A stretch of DNA of 42,282 nt from a bacterium (GTDB lineage Bacteria; Bacillota_I; Bacilli_A; RF39; UBA660), in NCBI GenBank assembly GCA_963656615.1, contig CAVKJF010000001.1, positions 1 to 42,282 on the forward strand, in the 5' to 3' direction. A program made the position numbers and the translations under genes. Below the pieces are notes generated by a model. That model saw nothing but the letters and a program-made list of their open reading frames with translations, was not told where the DNA came from and searched no databases. This document shows, one piece after another, positions 9,980-18,481 of the stretch (its first letter is position 1; each line of letters starts with the position of its first letter).

Positions 9980-10475
9980 CTAATAGTCCTTCCTTAGCAA
10001 GATAGCTATCTTTATCAACTAGATAAATATTAGTGCCATTATCTTCGCCTAGGTCTTCAAAGCCTGATTCTAGTACTGTTAGGGATGTTCTAGTATCAGA
10101 ACTACTAATATTTATAAATACTTCTTCCATTCCTAAACCTTTTATGGCATATGATGTTGCTGATTGTAACATTAATTTTTTAGCACTCTCATTCTTCGAA
10201 GGAAGAAGTGTTAAATAGCAAGACTTTATGTCTTTATAACAATCAAGCATACAACCGGATATTAGAGCAGAACTTTCTTCAAGAAATAAGAATTGTTCTA
10301 CTTCATTTGAAGTCCTTATATAATCATTATAACCAGATTCTGTATACTTATCCTTGGTAGCTTTTAGAGCGTGTGATACTCCAAGGTCTTGAAATGAGTC
10401 AGCTTCATAATTTTTGATAAGTTCAGTATGTCTGTTATCATAAGGATTTGCTATTAAAAGGCTTTTATTTGCCAT
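9957..10475 (-). CDS. hypothetical cytoplasmic protein (possibly acyltransferase/GNAT-like fold)
   Basis: 172-aa ORF with an AGGTGA SD 6 nt upstream, packed 10 nt after pgk. Its end overlaps the next gene by 23 nt. The fold guess rests only on the C-terminal pattern (AIKGLGMEEVFINI...LESGFEDLG). Confidence 0.4.
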   Translation of the reverse strand: MANKSLLIANPYDNRHTELIKNYEADSFQDLGVSHALKATKDKYTESGYNDYIRTSNEVEQFLFLEESSALISGCMLDCYKDIKSCYLTLLPSKNESAKKLMLQSATSYAIKGLGMEEVFINISSSDTRTSLTVLESGFEDLGEDNGTNIYLVDKDSYLAKEGLLDGNNKKY

Positions 10476-10485
10476 AAGAAGTCAC

Positions 10486-11664
10486 CTACTTTATTACTTC
10501 AATTCCTGGTAATTTCTTTCCTTCTAGATATTCAAGAGTTGCTCCTCCTCCAGTAGAGGCATGATATACTTTATCTTTATATCCAAGAGTTGCTGCAGCG
10601 GCTACAATATCACCACCACCTAAAATAGCTTTTATATTATTATCAACAAGGTATTTTAAAATTTCTTTTGTTCCTTCTTGATAATTTTCAAATTCATAGA
10701 CACCTAAAGGTCCATTCCATACTACTATTTTAGCATCTTTTAAGTAATTTTCATATAGTTCTGTTGTTTTTGGACCAATGTCTAGACCTAATTCATTATA
10801 TTCAAGTTCAGTTATGTCCTTAATTTTAATTGGTGTATCATTTGAATATTCTGTTGTTGCTTTAACATCAACTGGTAAAACTAGTTTTTCAGAATGGTTC
10901 TTTAACATTTCTGAACAGAAGTCTAGGCTTTCTTGATCAACTATTGAGTTTCCAACTTCGTATCCTTCAGCTTTTAAGAATGTAAATGCCATTCCACCAG
11001 CAATTAATATTTTATCAGCTTTAGTAACTAGGTTTTCAATCACACCTATTTTATCAGCAACTTTTGCACCACCTAATATTACAATAAATGGGTGTTCAGG
11101 ACTATTTAATTCACTTAAAGCATTTAATTCTTCTTCAATTAAGAAACCTATTGCTGATGTTTCTGGTAGATTAGTTGCTATACCAACATTTGAAGCATGA
11201 GCTCTATGTATTGTACCAAAGGCATCGTTAATAAATACGTCGCCAAGAGAAGCCCAGTATTTACCAAGTTCTTCATCATTAGAACTTTCCTTTTTACCGT
11301 CTAAATCTTCATATCTAGTGTTTTGAAGTAGAACAATATCTTTTTCTTTCATATTAGAAATAGCTTCTTCTACAGCTTGACCTGTCGTAACAGGAACAAA
11401 TGTTACTTTCTTATCTAATAATTCACTTAGACGAGTCGCAACTGGAGCTAAGTCATTTTTCTTTAAATCTTCCTCTTCTTTTACTCTACCAAGGTGTGAT
11501 AAAAGTATGACCTTAGCGTTATGTTCAAGGCAATAATTAATAGTTTTTAAACTAGCTTTGATTCTAGTATCGTCAATTATTTTTCCATCTTTAATAGGTA
11601 CATTAAAATCACATCTAATTATTACTTTCTTTCCTTCTATATTAATATCTTTTATAGTTTTCAT
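10486..11664 (-). CDS. pgk: phosphoglycerate kinase
   Basis: VIIRCDFNVP, LLSHLGR and GGGDIVAA motifs. 392 aa. Confidence 0.95.
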   Translation of the reverse strand: MKTIKDINIEGKKVIIRCDFNVPIKDGKIIDDTRIKASLKTINYCLEHNAKVILLSHLGRVKEEEDLKKNDLAPVATRLSELLDKKVTFVPVTTGQAVEEAISNMKEKDIVLLQNTRYEDLDGKKESSNDEELGKYWASLGDVFINDAFGTIHRAHASNVGIATNLPETSAIGFLIEEELNALSELNSPEHPFIVILGGAKVADKIGVIENLVTKADKILIAGGMAFTFLKAEGYEVGNSIVDQESLDFCSEMLKNHSEKLVLPVDVKATTEYSNDTPIKIKDITELEYNELGLDIGPKTTELYENYLKDAKIVVWNGPLGVYEFENYQEGTKEILKYLVDNNIKAILGGGDIVAAAATLGYKDKVYHASTGGGATLEYLEGKKLPGIEVIK

Positions 11665-11709
11665 AGGCTAATCCTCCTTATTCATATAAAGTATAGCATT
11701 TTTCATTGT

Positions 11710-11785
11710 AAAAAAAAAGAAATAGAACTGATTTGATAAATATATATACGAAATTAAAAATGTGTTGCCTTTTATAATCAGTTCT
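11710..11785 (-). terminator. terminator/attenuator hairpin between gap and pgk
   Basis: 10-bp stem: AGAACTGATT (11724-11733) pairs with AATCAGTTCT (11776-11785). The loop is 42 nt and AT-rich. A U9 run follows on the minus strand (plus A-run 11710-11718). Confidence 0.5.
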
Positions 11786-11797
11786 TTATTCATTTTT

Positions 11798-12802
11798 CTA
11801 CTTTTCCATTAAGTATTTAGCTGTTCTTACCATTTGAGCAGTGTAGCCCATTTCATTATCATACCAAGCTACTACTTTTAGTAATTGTTTTCCGTCTACT
11901 TCTAATATGTTAGTAGATAAACCATCTACTACTGAACCAGCTCTTCTGCCGATAACGTCACTTGATACAATAGGATCATCTGTATATTCAAGAGTTTCAT
12001 TAGTAGCAGCTTTTAAAGCTTTGTTTACTTCTTCTACAGTTGTATTCTTCTTTAATTCTAATACTAAGTCTACTACTGAACCTGTTGTGACAGGAACTCT
12101 CATCGCAACACCAGCTAGTTTTCCTTCTAGACTTGGACATACTTTTCCAATAGCTGAAGCTGCTCCAGTTGATGCTGGAACAATGTTTGCTCCGCAGGCT
12201 CTCCCACGACGAGCTTTTATTCCTTTTTTGTGAGCTACATCTAAAGTAGCTTGATCATTAGTATAGGCATGAACTGTTGTCATATAACCTTTTTCTATAC
12301 CGAAAACTTTGTCAATAACGTTTACTACTGGGGCTAAACAGTTTGTAGTACAGCTTGCTGCTGAAATTATTTGTTCATCTCCTGTTAATATTTCATGGTT
12401 AACGTTGTATACAATTGTTTTAACGTCTCCTTTTGCCGGTGCAGAAATAATTACTTTTTTAGCTCCAGCATTGATATGAGCCATAGCCTTTTCTTCTGAT
12501 GTAAATAAACCAGTACATTCAAGTACTACATCAATATCTAAATCTTTCCATGGTAACATAGCAGGATCTTTTTCAGCATAAACTCTTACTTTTCTTCCTC
12601 CTACTACAATGTAGTCTCCTTCAAATGTTATTTCATTGATACGATAATTTCCATGATTAGTATCATATTTTAATAGATAAGCTAATTGTTCAGCATCAGT
12701 TAAATCATTTATAGCGACTACTTCATAATCACTACTTTCTTCCATTAAACGAAATGCTAGACGTCCAATTCTTCCGAATCCATTTATTGCGACTTTAATC
12801 AT
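11798..12802 (-). CDS. gap: glyceraldehyde-3-phosphate dehydrogenase
   Basis: INGFGRIGR NAD-binding motif and ASCTTNCLAP catalytic Cys motif. 334 aa. Confidence 0.96.
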   Translation of the reverse strand: MIKVAINGFGRIGRLAFRLMEESSDYEVVAINDLTDAEQLAYLLKYDTNHGNYRINEITFEGDYIVVGGRKVRVYAEKDPAMLPWKDLDIDVVLECTGLFTSEEKAMAHINAGAKKVIISAPAKGDVKTIVYNVNHEILTGDEQIISAASCTTNCLAPVVNVIDKVFGIEKGYMTTVHAYTNDQATLDVAHKKGIKARRGRACGANIVPASTGAASAIGKVCPSLEGKLAGVAMRVPVTTGSVVDLVLELKKNTTVEEVNKALKAATNETLEYTDDPIVSSDVIGRRAGSVVDGLSTNILEVDGKQLLKVVAWYDNEMGYTAQMVRTAKYLMEK

Positions 12803-12824
12803 TGTTAATCCTCCTTATATTTTC

Positions 12825-12853
12825 ATTATATAGTTTTACTTTTTTTGTTTCAA
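12825..12853 (-). promoter_or_regulatory. consensus sigma-A promoter of the gap operon
   Basis: Minus strand: TTGAAA (12853-12848), 17 nt, TATAAT (12830-12825). An AAGGAGG SD follows. No cggR-like repressor gene lies upstream. Confidence 0.6.
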
Positions 12854-12920
12854 TATATTCCATTTTTTTTGACACTTTTAGTTGTAAAAAAATATCCATA
12901 CACAATATGGATATTAATCT

Positions 12921-14576
12921 TTAATCATGGAAACAACCATTTCCAATAAATTCTCTTAATATTGAATCTGCTGGTATGTCATCTGCTGGTATTGGTAAGA
13001 AAAGTCTTAGGAAATTTATTAATCTTTTTGCTTCTTCATAATATGGAGAATTATTTGGAACTGAATATAGTAATGGCTCAACATATGTTTTTAAAACACC
13101 TATTTCATATATTAGAGCTGAATTTATAGTATAATCAGCTTCATCTTGAAATGGGAAGATATATTTTTCTTCACCAGATCTTACACTTGGCCAAGAACGT
13201 AATGTATGTTCAACGTCATATCCTCTTGTTCTATTATCACGGATTATTCTTCTTAATAATCTATTATCTGTTGTTGAAACACGATTATGTTCATCCATAT
13301 TAAGTTCTGTTAAAGCTGAAATATATATTTTAAATTTATTTTCTCTTGGAATATTAGTCAATATTTTTGGATCAATAGCGTGAATTCCTTCTATAACAAT
13401 GATATCATCGGCACCTAATTTTAACTTGTTGCGATATTCTTTTTTACCTAACGCAAAGTTAAATGTTGGTATAGTTACTTCTTTTCCTTCAAGTAATGAG
13501 CCAAGTTGACTATCAAATAGTTTTAAGTCTATTGCTTCTAAACATTCATAATCTGGATTACCATTTTCATCTTTAGGATTATCTTCTCTTTCTACAAAGT
13601 AGTCATCCATTGATAATACTTTAGGTTGTAATCCAAAACTTTGTAGGAACATGCATAGTTTTCTTGAAGTTGTTGTTTTTCCAGATGATGATGGGCCGGC
13701 TAATAGGACTATTCTTATTTTTTTCTTATTATCATTTATACGTTTAGCTAACATTAGTAATTTATTACTTTGTAATGTTTCATCAATTCTTATTAAGTCA
13801 CTTATTTTTCCTCTTGATATGACTTCATTTAACTCAACTGAGTTTTCTACCTTCATAATTTTTGCCCAGTCACGATATTCTTGGAATACCTCAAACATAC
13901 CAGGATGTGGTTCATATTCTTTTATTTTATCTGGGATATAGGTAGTAGGAAATCTTAATAGGAAACCATCTTCTTTTATATAAGTTAAGTCAAATGCACC
14001 TAGTTTTCCAGTTGAAGTTGGCATTAGATTATAAAAATAATCATAGTAATTACCTAATCTATATAGTGTTATATAAGTATTTGTGTTATAACGCATTACG
14101 CCTGCTTTAACATGTTCTTTTATTTTTTCATAGTACTCGATAGCTTCTAATCTATCAATAGTCATTTTTGATATTGGCATGTCTAAAGAAACAATTCTGT
14201 TCATTTCTTCTTTTATGGCAGTTAATTTACTTGAAGTTAAACGGAAGTTTGTTTCTATATAAATACCTTTATCTAGAGAATGTTGTACGACAACATTGGC
14301 ACTCTTTCCATATAATTTCTTTATAGCGTACACCAAAATAAAAGTCAAACCCGAAATATGAGTTCTATTACCTTCTCGTGAAGTTAGATCTAAAAACTCT
14401 ATATTCGACTTATCTGTTATTGGTGCGGTTAACTCTTTTAAAATATTATTTACTTTTGCTAAAAGTATTGGATATTTATATTTGCCTTGGAATTGACTAG
14501 CTATTTCTTCTAGTGTTATGCCTTTACTTACTTGATATTTATGCTTTCCAATTGTTATTTCAAATGTATCTATCAT
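12921..14576 (-). CDS. uridine kinase/phosphoribulokinase-family nucleoside kinase with N-terminal TGS-like domain
   Basis: P-loop LLAGPSSSGKTTTSRKL in the C-terminal half and IIVIEGIH Walker-B-like motif. The N-terminal ~270 aa resemble the TGS plus ThrRS second-additional-domain region. Confidence 0.7.
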   Translation of the reverse strand: MIDTFEITIGKHKYQVSKGITLEEIASQFQGKYKYPILLAKVNNILKELTAPITDKSNIEFLDLTSREGNRTHISGLTFILVYAIKKLYGKSANVVVQHSLDKGIYIETNFRLTSSKLTAIKEEMNRIVSLDMPISKMTIDRLEAIEYYEKIKEHVKAGVMRYNTNTYITLYRLGNYYDYFYNLMPTSTGKLGAFDLTYIKEDGFLLRFPTTYIPDKIKEYEPHPGMFEVFQEYRDWAKIMKVENSVELNEVISRGKISDLIRIDETLQSNKLLMLAKRINDNKKKIRIVLLAGPSSSGKTTTSRKLCMFLQSFGLQPKVLSMDDYFVEREDNPKDENGNPDYECLEAIDLKLFDSQLGSLLEGKEVTIPTFNFALGKKEYRNKLKLGADDIIVIEGIHAIDPKILTNIPRENKFKIYISALTELNMDEHNRVSTTDNRLLRRIIRDNRTRGYDVEHTLRSWPSVRSGEEKYIFPFQDEADYTINSALIYEIGVLKTYVEPLLYSVPNNSPYYEEAKRLINFLRLFLPIPADDIPADSILREFIGNGCFHD

Positions 14577-14679
14577 ATAATCACCCTTTTTACCTTTATA
14601 ATATTATAACATGATTTATTCCATTATTATATGCATATTTTATTTTTTTTACACTATACTATGTATAGGTGATATTATA

Positions 14680-15270
14680 ATGAATTTAGTTCCGATGGTT
14701 GTTGAAAAAGAATTTAATGGTGAAAGAAGTTATGATATATTTTCAAGATTATTAAAAGATAGAATTGTATTTATTTCAGGAGAAATTGATGATAATTTAG
14801 CAAACAGAGTAATTGCTGAACTTTTATATTTGGATTCTACAGGAAATGAAGACATTAATATTTATATTAATTCTCCAGGCGGATCCGTTTCTGCTGGAAT
14901 GGCAATATATGATACGATGAATTTTGTAAAAAGTGATGTTTCAACTACTTGCTTGGGTATTGCGGCTAGTATGGCAGCTTTTTTACTGTCATCTGGTAAG
15001 AAAGGAAAACGTTATATCTTACCTAATGCTGATGTTATGATTCATCAACCATTGGGTGGCGCGCAAGGACAAGCTACAGATATTAAGATAGCATCTGACA
15101 GAATTATTGATTTAAGGAAAAGATTAAATAGGATACTTTCTAAAAATACTAGTCAGTCCTTAAAGAGAATTGAAAAAGATACAGAAAGAGATAATTACTT
15201 GAGTGCGAAAGAAGCTTTTGGATATGGACTTGTCGATAAAATCATTACAGAAAAAAGTTCTAGAATTTAA
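14680..15270 (+). CDS. clpP: ATP-dependent Clp protease proteolytic subunit
   Basis: [12 protein letters not shown], catalytic GIAASMAAF (Ser) and MIHQPLGG (His). The start is at ATG 14680 (GGTGA SD). The 23-codon hydrophobic extension in the ORF track has no SD. Confidence 0.93.
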   Translation: MNLVPMVVEKEFNGERSYDIFSRLLKDRIVFISGEIDDNLANRVIAELLYLDSTGNEDINIYINSPGGSVSAGMAIYDTMNFVKSDVSTTCLGIAASMAAFLLSSGKKGKRYILPNADVMIHQPLGGAQGQATDIKIASDRIIDLRKRLNRILSKNTSQSLKRIEKDTERDNYLSAKEAFGYGLVDKIITEKSSRI

Positions 15271-15275
15271 GATAT

Positions 15276-15314
15276 CAAAAAGAGAAAAGTAAATTAGTTA
15301 CCTTTCTCTTTTTG
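15276..15314. terminator. bidirectional terminator shared by clpP and whiA
   Basis: CAAAAAGAGAAAAG (15276-15289) pairs with CCTTTCTCTTTTTG (15301-15314), about 13 bp. The right arm lies inside the last codons of whiA. Confidence 0.7.
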
Positions 15315-16244
15315 TGTTAATTTTTCTAGTCTTTCAGCTAATTCTTTTATTTTTCTGAAACGATGGTTTAAACCTGATTTAGTAATTGGTTTACCTGTTT
15401 CTAAAGTAATTATTTCACTTAATTCTTTTAGCGAAGACTCTGGATATTTTTTACGATAGTCAAAAGCTTGTTTTGTTTTTTCGTCTAATAATGTATAACC
15501 AGATGCTTCTTCAATAATTTTAATTTGTTCTAATTGCTTTTCAGCAGTTAAGAATACTTTATCCATATTTGCTTGTTCACAATTATTTAGTCTATTAGTT
15601 TGATTCTTTTTTTCTCTATAAATTCTAGCATTTTCAAAGAATAAAACAGCTTTATTAGCGCCTAGTATTTTTATATAGTCGCTGATTTTTTCAGCTTCTT
15701 TTATGTATATCATATATCCTTTTTCTCTATTTAGTATTTTGGCGTTTAAGTCAAAGATATTTAATAGTTTTTGGATAAAGACTGCCTCCCCTGGCTTTGA
15801 TATTAATAATTCCATATGATATCTAGAAGTTTGTGGATTATTTATACTACCAGTACATAGGAAGCTTCCTCTAAGGTAAGCTCTTATTTCTTCATTAGCA
15901 CCAACGATATAAGTTGGTGGTGTATCTAAGTAATTATTATTTCCATCATAGTATCCAAGGTCTTTTAAAATTGTAGGTAGCTTTTGATTTAATGATAGTA
16001 AATAAAGATTTTTTTTATTGAAATTTAAATTGTCTTTAATTTCTACGTTTAAGTCAACTTCATATAGTTTTTGAAAGAAACTTTGTAATCTGTCTATTGT
16101 AAATTCATTTTCTGTTGTTAGAAAAAGAGTGTCATTATTTATGTAGGCATTATTTCTAACAAAGCCAGATAATTCCGCTATCATTTCAGAATTTGTAGTT
16201 GGTAAAGAAGATATTTCTTGTTTTATTTCTACTGTGTATGACAT
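15294..16244 (-). CDS. whiA: DNA-binding protein WhiA
   Basis: 316 aa. LAGLIDADG-like middle region (AYLRGSFLCTGSINNP) and a C-terminal HTH (ITKSGLNHRFRKI). Conserved position downstream of yvcK. Confidence 0.88.
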   Translation of the reverse strand: MSYTVEIKQEISSLPTTNSEMIAELSGFVRNNAYINNDTLFLTTENEFTIDRLQSFFQKLYEVDLNVEIKDNLNFNKKNLYLLSLNQKLPTILKDLGYYDGNNNYLDTPPTYIVGANEEIRAYLRGSFLCTGSINNPQTSRYHMELLISKPGEAVFIQKLLNIFDLNAKILNREKGYMIYIKEAEKISDYIKILGANKAVLFFENARIYREKKNQTNRLNNCEQANMDKVFLTAEKQLEQIKIIEEASGYTLLDEKTKQAFDYRKKYPESSLKELSEIITLETGKPITKSGLNHRFRKIKELAERLEKLTQKEKGN

Positions 16245-16245
16245 G

Positions 16246-17199
16246 TTACTTCCTCATTAAATATGAAAATATTAGGGAACTAAGTTTTAAACTATTGTGT
16301 CTTAGAATGTTATCTTCTAGAACTATTAAGTCATCTTCAATTAATTCAACACCTAATTTTTCTATGTTTTCATAGTCTATTTTTACTGGTTCTTTTTGTT
16401 CCGCTGTTGAATATCTTTCCGCAACACTTTTATTTATTTTTGTATTGCTTGCAATGACAACATCTATTTTCTTTTTATTTAAATATTTGTTTAATAAGGT
16501 AATATGATCACTTACTGTATAGCCATCTGTCTCACCTGGTTGAGTTACAAAGTTACATAAATACATTATTGGCGCTTTGGTATTATCTAATACTTCTTGC
16601 ACTTCTTTACAAATAATGTTAGGTAAAATTGAAGTATATAAACTTCCCATACTAAATATTATTAGGTCTGCTTCTTTTAAAGCATCTAATACTTCGTCTA
16701 ATACCTTTGGTTCCTCTTTATAATAAATTCTTTCAAATTTTCTATTTGATTTTGTAATTTGGGCTTCACCTTCAATAATATTTCCATCTACATCTTGACC
16801 CATAAGAGTTAGTTGAGAATCTTCTGATATTGGAAGAACTTTATGTTTAACATCTAATAATTTACTTAAACTGGCAATTGAATCCTTTAAAGAACCTGTT
16901 ATATCAAGCATAGCTGTTAGGATTAAGTTTCCTAAAGCATGTCCATCTAAGTCACTAGATGTATTAAAACGATATTCCATCATTTTCTTTATTGGTTCAT
17001 CTATTCCAGAAAGCGAAGTGATAACTCTTCTGATATCACCTACTGCTGGAGTATGAAATTCTTCTCTTAATTTACCTGTAGAACGTCCATTATCTGATAC
17101 TGTTATTACAGCTGTTATATCTATTGGGAATTCTTTTAGACCTCTTAGTAGATAGGAAATTCCTGTTCCACCACCTAACACTACTACTTTTTTATACAT
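16246..17199 (-). CDS. yvcK: gluconeogenesis factor YvcK (CofD-like, UPF0052)
   Basis: VVVLGGGTGISYLLRGLK and GPGSLYTSILPN-like (SMGSLYTSILPN) motifs. The start is at ATG 17199 (GAGGTGA SD); the track start is a GTG inside the SD. Confidence 0.88.
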   Translation of the reverse strand: MYKKVVVLGGGTGISYLLRGLKEFPIDITAVITVSDNGRSTGKLREEFHTPAVGDIRRVITSLSGIDEPIKKMMEYRFNTSSDLDGHALGNLILTAMLDITGSLKDSIASLSKLLDVKHKVLPISEDSQLTLMGQDVDGNIIEGEAQITKSNRKFERIYYKEEPKVLDEVLDALKEADLIIFSMGSLYTSILPNIICKEVQEVLDNTKAPIMYLCNFVTQPGETDGYTVSDHITLLNKYLNKKKIDVVIASNTKINKSVAERYSTAEQKEPVKIDYENIEKLGVELIEDDLIVLEDNILRHNSLKLSSLIFSYLMRK

Positions 17200-18052
17200 A
17201 ATGATCACCTCGTTTCCGATAATACTTTATGGCACTTTCTTCTTCTTTTTTTGCCATATCTTCGCTATATAATCTTTTATCGTTTTCGGAACTTTTAAAT
17301 ATATTGTAAACAAATAGGAATATACCTACTATAACAAAAATTACTGATACTATTTGGGCTACTTTTATAGAACCTATCATTAGTGAGTCTGTTCTCATAG
17401 CCTCTATAAAGAATCTTCCTGTTCCATACCAAAATAAATAGAATCCCGTTAATTGTCCTCTTTTTAAATATTTGAACTTTCTTAATATTAACATAGCAAT
17501 GAATCCAGATAAACACCAAGTAGATTCATAGAAGAAAGCTGGCTCTCTATATTCTCCTAAGATGTACATATTTTTAATTATAAATTCTGGTACACCTTGA
17601 GATTGTAACTCTTTAAATGTAGTTATATGTCCATAGGCCTCACCATTTACAAAGTTTCCCCAACGACCAATGGCTTGGGCGATAATTAATCCTACTACAA
17701 TTATATCTAACATTTGAATATAATTTACCTTATTCTTTTTACAATAGAATATTATAAATATTAGGGCAGCAAAAATACCACCATGAATAGCTAGACCGCC
17801 GTTCCATATTGCAAAAATCTCTATAGGATTTGCTAGATAATATTGAAGATTAAAAATTACATAGTAAAGTCTAGCGCCGATTAAGCCAATTATTATTGTA
17901 TTAAAAATTAAGTTTACAAGGAAATCTTCATCTAATTTTTTCTTTCTTGCTTCTTTAAAAATTAATATACTGGCAACTAACATACCTATAAATATAATAA
18001 TTGAATACCAGTATATTTGTATTGGACCTAAATCAACAGCTACTCTATCCAT
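17192..18052 (-). CDS. lgt: prolipoprotein diacylglyceryl transferase
   Basis: GGLAIHGG and GRWGNFVNGEAYG motifs in a polytopic membrane protein. Confidence 0.9.
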   Translation of the reverse strand: MDRVAVDLGPIQIYWYSIIIFIGMLVASILIFKEARKKKLDEDFLVNLIFNTIIIGLIGARLYYVIFNLQYYLANPIEIFAIWNGGLAIHGGIFAALIFIIFYCKKNKVNYIQMLDIIVVGLIIAQAIGRWGNFVNGEAYGHITTFKELQSQGVPEFIIKNMYILGEYREPAFFYESTWCLSGFIAMLILRKFKYLKRGQLTGFYLFWYGTGRFFIEAMRTDSLMIGSIKVAQIVSVIFVIVGIFLFVYNIFKSSENDKRLYSEDMAKKEEESAIKYYRKRGDHYV

Positions 18053-18470
18053 GAATTTTTACCCTCTTTACTATTTTTTTAATTATTTCTTCCATTATGA
18101 AGTTCATTATTGATAATAATATTGCTACAAAAAAAGCGATAAAGATATTAGTTAAATCAAAGTGAGAACCAAGTATCCAGTCAGCTAGTTTTAAGATGAA
18201 TAAGTTTATGAATGGATAAAATAGTCCTAGTGTTATACCAATAATAGGTATAGTTATAGTAAATAGTATTGGTTTTAAGACTTTATTTAATATGTATATA
18301 ACAAATACGATTAAAATTGAATATAAGAAGAAATGGTTTTGATCGATATGAACACTTTTAAACAGTGTACTCACAAGGATAAATACTATTATATAACCAA
18401 TCATATAAAGTAGCCATTCTATAAATTTATTTAATCTTACTACATTTTTCTCTTTGATAACTAATCGCAA
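18045..18470 (-). CDS. membrane protein of the phage-holin-IV-like (YvlD/PF04020-like) family
   Basis: Four TM helices. KPILFTITIPIIGITLGLFYPFINLFILKL matches the family pattern. The likely start is TTG 18470, 5 nt after a GAGGTGA SD. An internal ATG (MIGYII) is an alternative start. Confidence 0.55.
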   Translation of the reverse strand: MRLVIKEKNVVRLNKFIEWLLYMIGYIIVFILVSTLFKSVHIDQNHFFLYSILIVFVIYILNKVLKPILFTITIPIIGITLGLFYPFINLFILKLADWILGSHFDLTNIFIAFFVAILLSIMNFIMEEIIKKIVKRVKIHG

Positions 18471-18481
18471 CTTTATCACCT

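Noticed and set aside
14611-14679. A hydrophobic 23-codon N-terminal extension of clpP.
   Set aside because: It has no SD. ClpP homology begins at the internal Met, which does have a GGTGA SD.
14577-14679. I looked for a CtsR operator (GGTCAAA direct repeat) upstream of clpP.
   Set aside because: No GGTCAAA or TTTGACC copy is present in the spacer.
17295-17519. A 74-aa same-strand ORF inside lgt.
   Set aside because: It is an alternative frame of the lgt coding region, with no SD and no recognisable motif.
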